From NCBI RefSeq assembly GCF_037042905.1, contig NC_087245.1, positions 11,658,001 through 11,722,000 on the forward strand: a stretch of 64,000 nucleotides of DNA, read 5' to 3'. This document shows, in pieces, positions 41,125-54,583 of the stretch (positions within the stretch are counted from its first letter, which is position 1; each line of letters opens with the position of its first letter). The notes below the pieces were generated by a model, which was given only the letters and a program-made list of their open reading frames with translations, was not told where the DNA came from and searched no databases. This stretch comes from Lytechinus pictus (taxonomy: Eukaryota). The position numbers and the translations under genes are program-made.

Positions 41125-41704
41125 AGGACAAGTCCACCCCAACAAAAAATTGATTTGATTAAAAAGAGAAAAATCCAACGAGCATAACACTGAAAATTTC
41201 ATCAAAATTGGATGTAAAATAAGAAAGTTATGACATTTTAAAGTTTCGCTTAATTTCACAAAACAGTTATATGCACATCCTGGTTGGTTTGCAAATGAGG
41301 AGACTGATGATGTCATCCACTCACTGAAATATATAAATATTCTAATTTTCTCCTCATTGTCAAGTGAAACAGTTATCAATACCTCCCTGAACATGTGATA
41401 TTAGCATTGCTTCATACTATATTATTCAGTCAAGTCGGTCCCTATGGTCATATCTGTAAAAAATGAAATATTGTATAATTCAAACAATAAAAAACAAAAG
41501 AAATAGTGAGTGATGGACATCATCGACTGAATCATTTGCATGTCACTGAGTTGTGCATATCACTGTTTTGTGAAAAATAAGCGAAACTTTAAAATACCAT
41601 AACTTTCTATTTTACATCCGATTTTGATGAAATTTTCAGTGTTATGCTAGTTGGGTTTTTCTCTTTTTATTCAAATCAACATTTTGCTGGGGTGGACTTG
41701 ACCT
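41125..41704. mobile_element. TTAA-target non-autonomous DNA transposon, inverted copy of 16385-16983
   Basis: TIR aggacaagtccac / gtggacttgacct, TTAA TSD 41121-41124 and 41705-41708. Confidence 0.8.
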
Positions 41705-42557
41705 TTAATACATTATACATGATGTACCATATGGGTTCAAACCATTCAGCCATTCGGTACTTGTATGACATTAGACAAAATTGTAAATGGGCTAAATGGA
41801 CCAAGTTGATAACTCAACAAACTGGATGTAGGGACAAGAAAAAAAAAACCACAAAGTACTTGTAGACAATGAAGAGGATGTAGTACTTATTGTAGACCAA
41901 GTCACAGAGTTTACCATCACTAGTATAGTGATTGCAATACTATTTATTGATTCCTTTTAATACACTGCAGAGAAAACTTCAATTTGACAGTGAATTGATT
42001 CTTTTGGAAAACTGGAATTTGAAAGTTATCAAAATTAGCACCTCTCTGTAATTCCTTTAAATAATTTGACCTTGCTTGAACAAGTTTGTATTCTCAAATG
42101 TTCATTGTTTCATAAGTAATTCAGAAACAGTTATATAAAAAAAGATAAAATTGTCAGGGACCTGACTTCTTTACTGTTACATTTTGCTTGTAACTTTTGA
42201 AACTTATCCAGAACCTTATATGCAATTAATTTTTGAATAATATCTTTCACACATTGTTTGTGGTATGATACTCTTTTTTTCTGGCATTGAATGCAAACTT
42301 TGACATGAAAACTAGATATATGTACAGGCTTATTGATGATCAGACTTCATGAGGGTCTTTCCAAATCACTTACAAGCATCTGCACTTTTTCTGTTGAGTT
42401 AATTTTTAAGTTACCAATTATTATGTATTCAAAACTCCTAAGACTTATTCTAAACATTATTGCTAAAGAATCAGTAAAAGTATTTTCATCTGCTTTTTAA
42501 ATATTCATGATTATTACTGAATATTGATACAATTTTTCTTTCTATTTTTCTCATCAG

Positions 42558-42690
42558 CTTGGTGTTGCCCTTGGTTTTGTTCTTCCACCTCTCCTAGTCC
42601 CACCTGATGGCGATGTTAAGAAGAATATGCATAATATGTTTGTGGGAACAGCAGCCATCACTAGTGCATTGCTCATCCTTATTATTGCAA
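42558..42690 (+). CDS. FLVCR: FLVCR-family transporter, second coding exon (absent from the ORF track)
   Basis: Polypyrimidine tract + catcag| acceptor, A|gtatgt donor; 133 bp encoding LGVALGFVLPPLLVPPDGDVKKNMHNMFVGTAAITSALLILIIA, continuing GNQ|LG as in FLVCR proteins. Confidence 0.9.
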
Positions 42691-43264
42691 GTATGTCACA
42701 TTATACAAATCAGTATAAAGGTTCACATTCTTCTGAAAGGTGCAAGGTGAATTTATGGTTGGTTTATTAAACTTCCACCTTGGTGTCAATGGCCCGTGTT
42801 CTGAAGTCGGGCTTAAATTAAACCCTGGTTTAAAGTTGTGGTTTAAGTATGGAGAGCCAATTGGAGCATAAATCCCTAACAGTAAACATTCAATTTATTA
42901 ACTCATATCACACCCAAATTATTCATAATTGTCCCACCTGATGGCGATGTTAAGAAGAATATGCATAATATGTTTGTGGGAACAGCAGCCATCACTAGTG
43001 CATTGCTCATCCTTATTATTGCAAGTATGTCACATTATACAAATCAGTATAACGGTTCACATTCTTCTGAAAGGTGCAAGGTGAATTTATGGTTGGTTTA
43101 TTAAACTTCCACCTTGGTGTCAATGGCCCGTATTCTGAAGTCGGGCTTAAATTAAACCCTGGTTTAAAGTTGTAATTTAAGTATGGAGAGCCAATTGGAG
43201 CATAAATCCCTAACAGTAAACATTCAATTTATTAACTCATATCACACCCAAATTATTCATAATT
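42597..43264 (+). repeat. 334-bp tandem duplication (units 42597-42930, 42931-43264)
   Basis: Near-identical units with about four substitutions; GTC microhomology at the junction. Confidence 0.9.
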
Positions 43265-43435
43265 GTCTGGGAATGATAACTGAAGTATTTTCTTCATTAT
43301 GAAAGCAAAAGGAAACAAAATACTACACATAATAAATATAGAATATAAACTTAATTTTTGATTTCTTGGCTTCCCATAATTTTAGTACAGAGTTAGACCG
43401 TGATCTAAGTTAAACCTGACTTCAGAATACGGGCC
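43125..43435. mobile_element. Harbinger-like MITE (5' part also duplicated from 42791)
   Basis: TIR ggcccgtattctgaagtc / gacttcagaatacgggcc. Confidence 0.7.
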
Positions 43436-43885
43436 ATTGACTTTTTATAAAAAGCAGAAAAACTAGAAACATAGTATTAAAGGGATTTGGCTAAACAGAT
43501 GAAACAATGACATAGGTTGATGAGTTGTTGAATATTATAATTTTGTGACATCACATGCAAGCATCTATCCCATATGTATACATTCTATACATTTTTTTTC
43601 ATGTTTCATGATAATTGGATAAATTTCTGAAATCAAATTGTTACTCAGTTTGCAAGAGAAGTTTACCAGTCCTGGTGATGTATGAAAAATATACATGCAT
43701 TTTGATTTATAAATATGGCTCTGCCTGCCTGTCATTTCTAGGATGGACTGCTGTTTGAAAGATCTGCAATTTATTTTGTTGATTGTTGCTTGACATAGCA
43801 ACAATTCTTAACTTTATTACTTGTTCAAAAAATGCCATGTGCATGATTTTCTGAAAGAAACTTTAATAAGTCATTATTCAAAATG

Positions 43886-46800
43886 GATTATTTCAATAAT
43901 CGTGATGTATCCATCTAGTTTTGCTAGTTAATGTTTCATGGACTGCCCTCGAATATATATGTACTACACAGATCTTTTTGCGCAATAGTGCCATCTCCCA
44001 GCGAACCCATGTCAGTCCCGATCACACCTATATCATGCTTGCCGCATGTTAAACCTCCTCTTTGTTTCTTCGCATTCGCACCACGAAGTTCGCAGAGTGA
44101 AGACATCTCCAAGAAAGCCTCTTCTTGAAAGAGCTAATCAGATTCTTTTCCATCCCTTTTTACTTTGGTACTGTATGGTTTGGCTCATTTTAAATTCCCT
44201 TAGCTCAAGTTTTAAGCAATTTTGTGGATTGCTTCTCCCTTTTATCCCAGTGTACTATTTTTGTACACAGTGCCTATATGCGCTTTCCCGCGCTCTCTCT
44301 TGGGTGATAGTTCTTTGTTCAACGCCTAGTCTTAAATTATTCCTGTCCTTTGTTACGCGAATATTTCTCTTTTGCTTCACAGCCAGAGTTTCAGGTGTCG
44401 CCCATTCTCTTAGGTTCGAATCCTGAATTCCTTCTGCTGGACTTCTCTTCAGTCTCCCTTTGATAGATTTTTAGACTTGGTTTAGCTCCTATTAGAGGCT
44501 CTTATATTTACTAATTCTGCCTCTTCTGGCATGATGGATTATTTAATTAAATCAATTTATAATCCTTGCCTCTCTTGTACTTGGTTATTCAATTACTATT
44601 AATCATTAACCTTTGGGCCGTATGCATAAACACAAGCAATTGCTTATAAGCAAATGCTTTAAGCAAAAGCAAGAGCTGGTCAAGCAAAAGGGCAAGTTTA
44701 AGCAATTGCTTAAATTTGTATGCACAAGCTTTTGCTTGTGCTGAAACCTTTTGCTTGCACTGCCTAAGCAATTGCTTGTGTGTTGGACAAAGGATCGTTA
44801 CGGTTGTGCGAACATGGCACAGTAGGACAACGACGCTTCGTTCCCGACCTGGCAGAAGTATTTTTTATTACGCAAATAGGGGGAAAACAGCGCAGAGCAT
44901 CAGGGGGGGTTTCTGTGTAGATCGATGGACAAAAATTGCCGTAAAAAGTCTAAAATAACAAGAATTTGATTAGATATGAAATCACAACATAACCTCTGGA
45001 ATATGGAGCTTGAAACGGTATGAAAGTTTAATCCTTAAACGAGAATGCCATGAGTAAGCAAGAGCTCAAGCTGGTCTGGAGGTGCTTGAAAAAACGCAAG
45101 CAATTGCTTATCAAGACAAGTAAAAGGTTTGTTTTATGCATACGGTTTTAAGCAATTGCTTGTTTGGTAAGCATTTGCTTACGAGTAGTAAGCAATTGTC
45201 TGTGATTGTAAGCAAAAGCTTTTGCTTATGAGCAATTGCTTGTTTGTGTGCATACCGATTCAAGCAAAAGGCTAGCACAAGCAATTGCTTGTTTTTATGC
45301 ATACGGCCCTTTGTCGGCCTTATTAAGTAGTTAATTATTTCAGTGTTTTTTTTTGTATGAAATAAGAAAACAAATGACTCTATCTCTCTTTTGTTTCTGT
45401 TATGGCACCTTTGGGGGTCCACAGGTCCCCCCCCCCTGTTTTTCTCCCTACATATTTTTGTTCTTTTTCAGACAAACAACAAGGAGAGGATGAGCTCCGA
45501 CTTGTCTACTGGCAAGCCCATCTTCACCGCCATGGACGAGTCCTCAGATGTGGTTTTTCTGAAGCGGCAGTGCGTATGGAGGCAAAAGTAATAGTGCGTT
45601 TCTCGTCCATAGGCACGGCTCCCCGGCCTTCACCCAAAGTGAGAAGCACTTGTTTGGGGGAGCGATCGCCTCCTCAAGAGGAGATTGAGGGTCAAAAACA
45701 GGCAAATGAGATTATAAACAATCCTCTCAAAGCCTCCCAGCTGTGGTTCTTCCATTCGGGAACCTTTGAAGGCTTCCCCGAGCCACCCGTCGGCTGCCGC
45801 CCAGCAGCTTCGCAGCAGCCTTACGCTACTGCAACAGTAAGCCACTCGCGCTAAAGACCACAAGCTTTTGTGGCTCAATAGGAAGGAGCGAAAAGTGTCA
45901 CGATGTGAACCTGGTGTTTACCGACACTTGTACATTTGATGTACCTGCGGTGCAATATCACAACTTTATTTTAAGTTGCTGCATGCTCTCGAGCTCTGTG
46001 ACGTGTTACCCACCAGCTCCATGCCTTCCTTATCCTTTGATTCATGGTGTATAGAGGGCGAATTGTCAGCATCTTACACGGCTAAAACAGAATGAATTTT
46101 CTACTACCACCGCAACCTGCTGGGGCACAAATTACCCTTCTGTCGCAGGTTTTCTGGGCGCCCGCTCGAGCCATCACCTCCTAATTGCGGGGCTCAGCCT
46201 TGGCTCCCTAACCACAATCAGCTGGTTGGAGCTTTAGGGCTCATTACTGTACTTTGCTACCCTTACGTCGTACATCGAAGTTTGAGAATTTTTAGGTCAA
46301 GCTCTCCGTAATTTTTGGCGACTCCACCCCCTTCCGTGTGTACTTGAGATCTGAGGGTTCGTCCCCAACGACTCTACCCCTGTTTTCTCCGCGGCCTGGC
46401 ATGCTGGATGGATTGACGTGTTACTTAACATTACTAATCAAATCCCCTTTTGGGGGAAAAGAGCCTGGAATCTCTCCAACCCTTTTTTGCAAAACTTTCA
46501 ACCATGCGATGGAAAAGAAGAACAAGGTATACCTCCCCAAATCTTATGGGTAGCAGCTTAACACCGGGCCGGACGAAAATACCTTTCAGTACTGATTTTT
46601 CACCGACGGCCCAGCCGTCCGGGGAACCAGGGAGCTCCAGTCGGTAATCTGGGTTTTCCCCGATGCAGTCCGATAGCCCGTTAGATTTTCCGAGAGATAC
46701 CATGGGGTTTATCATTAGCAATTTGCCATGACTTCCCTTGAGCGGTGTGTTTTGTAACTGGTCACGCCAGGCTTATTCTGCCCTAGCTCCAGTTCACTTT

Positions 46801-47310
46801 TTACTGCCTCAGATCATGGTGGCGATCAGGCATGTTTTGATCTGGTCATACATGACACAAGCCTGGCTGGCGCGAGTCCCTTTACCTCAGATGAGCACCG
46901 GCTTTCGACCACTGCTCTGCTCCCCGTGTCGTCAGGGATGGGCTGAGGTTAGTTTACCACTCCTTTTGGTCCAGTGGTATTGGGTTTAACCCTTCTGAAG
47001 TATATGAATTCACATTGTGATAGTATCAAGTATTGAATGAGCGTGCACACCTCACCTTTTTGAAAAAATGTCCACTTTTTCTGAGTTGGTCCTTTCTAAC
47101 TAAAGCACAGTGGCAGTTTGGGGCTTATATGAGACTAGTCACTCAATTTTCCTTTAGTGAACTACGTCCCCGTGGGGGCTTTCACACCGCCCAGTTGGCT
47201 TAACTCATTGTAGATTTTGCCTCTTTCAGCGAGGAGTCTGTTGGTTACTTTTACCCCAGACCCATCGGGATGGAGCACACCCGAGTGTTGCCTTGCTATG
47301 GCTTGTCATC
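43886..47310 (+). mobile_element. DIRS1-like tyrosine-recombinase retroelement, copy A (3'-truncated, decayed)
   Basis: Left ITR ~43886-44070 is the reverse complement of the right ITR at ~60605-60762; body colinear with copy B up to ~47310; RT-like remnant GLTCYLTLLIKSP at ~46410-46450. Confidence 0.75.
44615..45309. mobile_element. MITE inserted in DIRS copy A
   Basis: TIR gggccgtatgcataaa / tttatgcatacggccc; TSD ttt (or ctttg); many aagcaattgctt palindromes; absent at the homologous site of copy B (~57635). Confidence 0.8.
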
Positions 47311-49588
47311 AGCGCACGCACGCCCTCGGTACTGCCAAAGTACGCACAACGCACCGACTCCGTGAGACTTTTTAGATATTCGCCGCGGCCACTTCCTGTA
47401 CCGAAGGTGCACTTAGCAAGTGCGCGTTGCCGCACGGATAATTGCGTGGCCCGTGCTTACTCGGCACTTTCCCAATCTAATTATTCAAATGAACGTGAAG
47501 AACTCACGTGCACGTGCGGAGTAAGCATGTGATCAGCACTTACAACGCACGTTGTGCTAAAATATAAACAAGAAAACACAAAGTCATATTCTATTACCAT
47601 GTTCCACATAATGACCTTATTCTTATTTATTCACACACTATATAATACATGAATTTCATGAACTATGTCCAAAATTTATTATCATGAGTGCTTGAAGAGG
47701 TTGTAGAATGTAAAAAATGAAATCGAATCGTGTATCATGAGTTCAAACAAAGACAGTGGGAAACTGTATTAGTCCGCCAAATAAAATAAAAACAAGAATG
47801 AAAAAAAATGATTTTTCATAGATTTCTATGAAATGAAATAATGCTTATTACGAGTTCCTGCGTTCACACAACGAGATCCTGCCATGGTATTCGTCCGCAC
47901 GGGGAACTGTAATAGTTCGCGAAGTAGTTCCTTAGGGGTTTTCCTTCCCTCGCGGCCCGTTGGCCGACCATCTGGTCGGGTTCGGTCATCTGTACATCAT
48001 TCCTCCAGGCCCCGGGGATTACCTTGCCATCCGCATCCTCACGGTCCACATTCACGTCAGTTTGTCCGGGCCGGTGCTTTCGAAGCAAATTGTGAAGGAT
48101 GATACAACCCAACAGGACGCAAATTCCGTTGTTAGGCTCCATCTGCAAGGTATCGCCATCGATGAGCCAATATCCCGAAACCGTTCTCTACGACACGACG
48201 AGCCCGAGAGGTCCGATAGTTCATTACCCTCTCTTTGTGTATCAGGGCATGGCGACAATATGGCTTCATCAGCCACTTTCGAAGGGGAAACGCGTCGTCA
48301 CCCGCTAGGAAATTAGGAAAATTCTGGTCGTCACCTGGCAGTGGATCCGGTGGTGGAAATCCAATGGTGGTTCCCTCAAGTGCTCCCGGAATGCTCCCCA
48401 AAACGTGGACTGGTTGAACACGCCTGCATCTGAAGAGGAGCCGTTGGCCCCAATATTGCACCACAAGCATGACAAGAAGGAATAGTTAGAATCCACGATT
48501 GCCATGAGCACCACAGAGCAGAACCACTTATAAGAGCGATCCACTCGTCCTGGGTAGAGGGCATGGTGCGCATCTATCTCCTTATATTCCTCGTATAGGG
48601 CGGTGCAAACTTCCGATACGAACATGGATATACTATTGTGTGCCACCCGGAAGTCATATGCAAGGGACCTGCTTCCCGTTGCCAAAAAAGCGAAGAGTGA
48701 TGGCGAGTTTCAGGCCAGGTTCCAAGGCGCGGCGACTCCTGAAACATTGAAAGTATCTACACCATTGATATATAGTCAATATGTGTAATCACACGTAAAG
48801 ACAATTCCTCCTTTTTTCTAAAAGGAAAGGCAATCCCCCTCCCCATAATGGAGAATATAAGTTTTAATTGGCATTATAATTGCAGTTAGTTTTGCCCAAA
48901 CCTTTCTAATAGTACATGGACCTTTTCTATTCAAGAAGGATTGCTTCAAAACTGTCAATATTCTTTATTACAAAATTAAGGAGTTAGAAGTAGCGAATGA
49001 AATAATTGTTTATAACACGTCAAGTAATATTTGCCGTCCAAGTTATCGATTTTTATAAAGGTGCCACGTCTTGCTCATGCCCTGCCACTTGAAGCTGCTC
49101 TTGCAGTATCAGAAGTATTTGGAGTCTCTGTGGTAGAAGAGGCGGCATTTTAAAGGACGTCAGAAGATCAATCTCTATAAATATACCCCACCACATAGGG
49201 GGGGGGGGGGGGCTTACGTTCATCGCAAGTGCATGCAGTTGCAACCTGCGCGTAAGTAAGGACGGCGTACGTGAGCAGCACGTGTAAGTACGGCCTCCGT
49301 TCCAAAATGTGTCGAACGCACGGAGATCGTACGTTGTAAGCAGGTACAACTCACTCCACACGTGCGCGACGTACATTGCATGCAATTGCTCACTGCAAGG
49401 CGTGACACGCGGGCAGCGCACGCACTACGTACTTACACCTTGCGTAGTCGTACGAGTGACGTGCGTCGATGCACTTGCTCCCTGCGTTCGCCACTTTTCC
49501 CTACGTTTTCAGAAAAACGCAGCGACCGTAGCCTCCCCCAAAAAACGTACGGCCAAAGAAACCGTACGGCGGCTTGTGACCAGGGCTT
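47310..49588 (-). mobile_element. PIF/Harbinger transposon, decayed, one end missing
   Basis: Contains transposase remnants; CpG-rich cacg/cgtac subterminal repeats at both ends; terminus-like ggcttgtgaccagggctt at ~49570-49588 with no inverted partner near 47310. Confidence 0.7.
47864..48750 (-). pseudogene. Harbinger (DDE_Tnp_4 / HARBI1-ALP1-like) transposase pseudogene
   Basis: Frameshifted segments: LEPGLKLAITLRF, ATG..SLAYDFRVAHNSIS, SVVLMAIVDSNYSF, IGANGSSSDAGVF, GDDAFPLRKWLMKPY, NYRTSRARRVVENGFGILAHRWR, CIILHNLLR, RIPWQ. Confidence 0.9.
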
Positions 49589-50567
49589 ACAAGTATGTCA
49601 AACATTAAAACTTTGCTTTGTTGATATTTTTCTTCCAAGTTTGATGATTTTTCGTGTTTGATTTTACTCGTTATCATCATATCATATAAGATCATTTTTA
49701 TTCTAATCCTCCCCATTTTTAATAGCTTATTGCAATTGGTGATTGAGAAAGCTAACATGAATTTTGATGAATATCATTGTTGAGCTTATTATCTATCACA
49801 GAGGTTTTAAGATTGACTATTGTCTTTCTCAATGTCTTGCCATGCCTTTACCATTTCATCTTCTGCCTTTCTTTCATTCAACATGTAAGAGAGAATGTGA
49901 TTGTAAATAATTGGTTATCATCCATTTTTAATCAGATCCAGGACTATAAGAATGAAATATTACAATTCTGCAATTTCCTAAATAAATTTCTAAGAGAAAA
50001 TAGAATGGAATAAAATAGAATCAAGGAATTCTCATCCCTGACAATCTTACATTTAGATCATTGAAAAATGCATCATGGGAACATATCTGTGTCTCAATTT
50101 TATATCTATTGAATAATAATTGTCACATGGATATACTCAAATAAAACTCACATCAAACTTGGGCCATTCAGTTTGATATTATTTACAATTTATTTCAGTA
50201 TAATTTTGTTGGTTTACAATTAGAAATAAAAATGGTTTCTTTCTGATAAAATTCAGGACCAAAAATATACAATGTAGATTCTCAAAAAGATATCACTTAT
50301 TTCCACTTCATATTTACCTTGTTTCGAGATACCCAGAACTGATATATATCTTTACAACTGAATATACCTTTGATCGACCTGTTTCAAAGTTTCATTTGTC
50401 TATCTTCAACATATCATCAAAATAATTGTTTTGTTTTTCAATATCACCACTCTAACTATGAAGGATCCTGTACTGATCAACTCATAATAACCTGAATCAC
50501 ATTCAAATATAATATAACAAATATAACACTTAACTCATAAACTTCTCGACCCTTTGTTCTAATCACA

Positions 50568-51029
50568 TATGGGCAATTCCATAGGTTGGTGGCATGAGCT
50601 CAATGTGTCTTTGTACATATAGCCCATCTGAACCGTAACGTGAGTAACCACTTTATCTGCACCCCTAGTAAAAACCATGTGTTCTTTATTTTTTGAATTA
50701 TATACAAATTTGTCTCCCTAATATACTTCTTTGAAATGGATATAATCAACTTTCATAAAAGCCTTGCATGAGGGCACTTTTCACTTATGTCCACTTTTCA
50801 TTTTATGCATGTCCAAATCATGTAACATGAGTAACCGACACATTTCAAAGATTTGCCAGGAGCATAGTGAAATTTCCCAAGTTTTGTTTTTATACAAAGG
50901 ATAGTCAGACTGCGTACTATGTTGTGATAAAGAGATGTTTAGTTCCTATCAATAATAATGGAGTTACAGCTCCAAGTATGAGTCAAGGTGTCTCCAAATG
51001 TAACGTGAATAACCGTGGAATAGCCCATA
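50568..51029. mobile_element. MITE
   Basis: TIR tatgggcaattcca / tggaatagcccata; internal gtaac.tgagtaacc repeats. Confidence 0.55.
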
Positions 51030-52282
51030 TCAATATAAAACATTTCATTTTCAAACAACACTGCGGACTCCATGCAGTTTACCATTTCACCAAGAACATC
51101 ATACATTCAAATATAATCTCAACTTCACTGTTATCATCAGAGTTTTTCTAAAACTGTCGTCTTTTCCTCTTAACCATCGTTTGCCTAATCCCAACACTAA
51201 CATCAACTGTGAGGATCCTGTATTGATCCACCAACTAACACAAGCATTTATATCCAACATCAGTCAAGGACTGAGATAAATAAAAAGCAACATATATCGA
51301 AAGTTCTCACTATAAAATCAGTTTACTAAATAACTGAACTATTAATGTCCATCGGATTATCATTCTCATCAGTGTTCATAGTTCTATCAAACATTCCTGC
51401 TTCAGTGTGACAAACAATCATGTGTATACGTCAACAAAATCAATCTTATCGGTTACTCTCGGTGAATCTCAGGGAATCTCGGCGTCCTTTGCGACTTTCG
51501 GAAATGCTCGGCTTCAATGAATAAAAGTCATCAGGGAATTACGTCCCACCTTGGCACCATCTAAAATTTAAATAAACCAAAACCATTTCTACAATATATC
51601 TTAAAACAAATATTTCTTCTCTTGTAAATAGCATTTATAAATCCAATTCAAACTTGTCTGACTTTCATACATTTATTTATCTCACTTTTTCAAACATTTG
51701 ATTACTAACTATAATAAGCTTCAACTTCAAATGTAACTTTTCAACAACATTAAAGTCTCTATAACCCCAAGAAAATGTATATTGATTTCTACAAAACTAT
51801 CACGATAAATCACATCTTAATTCACATTATATTATACATGTTATTTTTCTTTTTCTTTTTGTATAACAAAATTTAAGGATGGAAAAGTCATTTACACTCA
51901 CCGATGACTCAGCAAAACAGGCTCAGAAATGATTGAAATACTGCTTTCTGACCTCATGCAGGTAATAAAGATTAGCAGCTCACAAACTGGAAAATAAGGC
52001 TTCTCTAAAAGAAAATACCGTAAGCCTAGAGATATGCCTTCAGAATGGTTAGTAAAAAATAGTAATTTCTCTACTGGCTTCAAAACTGCACATAAGCTGT
52101 GTGCTCACCAAAGTTTAGAAATGGTGTCTGCCAAAACCTAATGGAAAACTACTGCACATACACCCTTGCCCTAAACTATCCCAAGCAGCTGGTCAAAAGG
52201 AATGGATCCCTGCCTGGGACAAAAGGGACCTATTCAAGCACGGCATGGAAAATTCACTGCCCTGGACAAAAGTAACTATTTC

Positions 52283-52737
52283 AATAGACCAGTTCGTAGT
52301 TACTCATGGACAATTTTCGGTCAAATGACCTTTCATTTCTTTTATTATGATAGGCAGATTTCAAAGCAAAATATTACGTAAGCTTGCCTTACATAGCAGG
52401 ATGAAGAAATTGAATAGACCAGGTGACTAGAATAGCACACCAATGAATACTTTATGAAGGTATTTGATGCATTCCTACTTTGAATGCATATCATAGCATG
52501 TTGCACAATGTACTTGGCAAACTGTGAAAACCAGTCGTTCGTGGACGCGTTGTTGTTTTTTGTGGATGTAAATGAAAACCACCATTCAAAAGAATATATG
52601 AATAATCAAGACATCAAAGTTGGTGCTTATCTCATTAGATTTTAAACCACCATGTCACTTTAGTACAAATGACCTTCCTCTGATCATGCGTAGAATCTTT
52701 TGATCAGTCGCAGAAAGGAACTACAAACTGGCTTATT
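52283..52737. mobile_element. MITE
   Basis: Imperfect TIR aatagaccagttcgtagtt / aactacaaactggcttatt. Confidence 0.55.
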
Positions 52738-54409
52738 AGCTATGGTCATCGATGGCAACCTAAATTAAAGAAGCTCTGCTCATTGAAGAATAAAATCAAA
52801 TTCCTGTATCTTTGCAACCTGGCTAGAGTACAAGATAAGGTTAAATAGTTTGGCTAAAAAACGGACAAATAAATAAAATAAAATGTATTTTCAATGTGAC
52901 AATAATGTTGGAGGCAAATGCCATTAATTCAGCTTTATCACACAAAGGGATCGATGCTATAAAGTGTTAAACATTTCAGTAATTGAAAATTACTGAAATG
53001 CTGCAGATTGAATACTCAGGGGGAAAAAGCTCTGGTATTATTCTGTACATTGCTTGAACGAAAAAAAAAATGATGAATGACTCATACACTTCAGTAAAGT
53101 ACAACGCAACATTAGGCTGGGATATTAAGCTGGTGGCAGTAGGCTGCTTCATCCCCATCAGCCCAAGTTTGCAATGTACAACCGGTATGTGATATAAAGT
53201 AAAATGGCAAAAAATGTCATGATTGTTTGGGATGGCCTAATGGCTTGCTCTTGAATCCTAGGTTAGGGTCTTTTTTTCAGGATGATTCTCGTCAATGCTG
53301 TCCACTCATCAATGGATGTGGACCCAACTTCATAATTTTGGTTAAGTAGTGCGCTTTTTGGTGAGTGATTCAGCTAATTTGCAAGACTTGTATAAAGTTC
53401 TTATGACAATGCACTTGCACTTGGGTTTTTACTAGAAATAATTCATTACATAATTGATAATATTAATAATTTATTATTGTATCATAATTATAATTACTTA
53501 CCATTGCGCACTATAGGTATTGAAACGTGGATCCTAAAGTATGCTTTGTGACCTAATATTATTCCTGTAATCATACCAGAACCTTCTTGTCAGGGTGATT
53601 TGGACAGGGTACTTACAATTATGCAATTTATCTTTATCAAGTCTATTCAGGGTAGAATCGGCGCATACATGTGTATTCAAATTGACAGAGTTACTCTGTG
53701 CATTTTGATGATGGTTGATGTTCGCCAAGAGCAATACCTCACAATCAGGACTGGAATCCATGAGAGCATTATTCGTCATGTAGTGAAATCTCTTGTCAAG
53801 AAAATGGATCCATTAAATTGTTTGTACTGATGAAATGCAAGAAGGAAGAAGTGCACTCCAAACGAATTCATGTACATTCTAATGGGTGAAACATAGGATA
53901 ACAAAAAATGAGACCAATATTTGTTTTCTTCAGACAGTTGCTTATCAAGGAAAACAATGTAAGTGACAAACCGTAAATTTTGCCCCTTCAAACATTGTCA
54001 GGTCTAGTGCTAAAATCCTTATTTTTTATTGTTTATTTATTTATTTGATATTTTGACAGGGTAGCCCATTCACCAATAAGTAGTGGTCTTCCATAGGGCC
54101 CTGAATAACAAACATATTTACAAAATGCATAACGTATGTACAGAATGTTACGGCATTAAGATTCACATTAGGATTTGAATGTAAAACGAAACATTAACAA
54201 ACTTAGCAGCAAACAAAACGCAGACGGGCACTCGTTTGACCTATAATCAAATATCAATAAATCAAATTAACTGAGAACGAAATCTTGAAAATACTGATAA
54301 TATACATCAAATCATCAATGTCATGCTAACACAAGATACGCACAACAATTGTTCGAAATAGACATCAGAAATGAAATACTCAGAATTTTTTTTTTTTCCC
54401 AATTGATTA

Positions 54410-54583
54410 TGCGCCCGGCAGCAGCTGTGCAGCGCCAGATCGACGAGGCTCTATACCTTTAATTGTAGAACGCCAAACAGGTTAGAGGCAACTCCCATCT
54501 TTTAACGTCTTTTGATCTGACGCGGCTGGGGTTTAAACCCCCAGCCTCCTAGTTGTGAGACGGACGCTCTTCCAACTGAGCCT
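54410..54583 (-). mobile_element. tRNA-derived SINE (5' portion)
   Basis: Minus strand reads aggctcagttggaagagcg (A box) ... gggggtttaaacccc (degenerate B box), then a non-tRNA body; no tRNA acceptor stem. Confidence 0.65.

Noticed and set aside
47864..48750. Domesticated HARBI1/ALP1-like host gene
   Set aside because: Multiple frameshifts, an internal deletion, and transposon subterminal repeats on both sides indicate a dead transposon.
49590..54000. Possible LINE RT remnants on the minus strand
   Set aside because: Only faint, fragmentary similarity by eye; cannot support boundaries or family without a translated search.
54500..54583. tRNA gene on minus strand
   Set aside because: Degenerate A/B boxes, no acceptor stem, continues into a SINE-like body.
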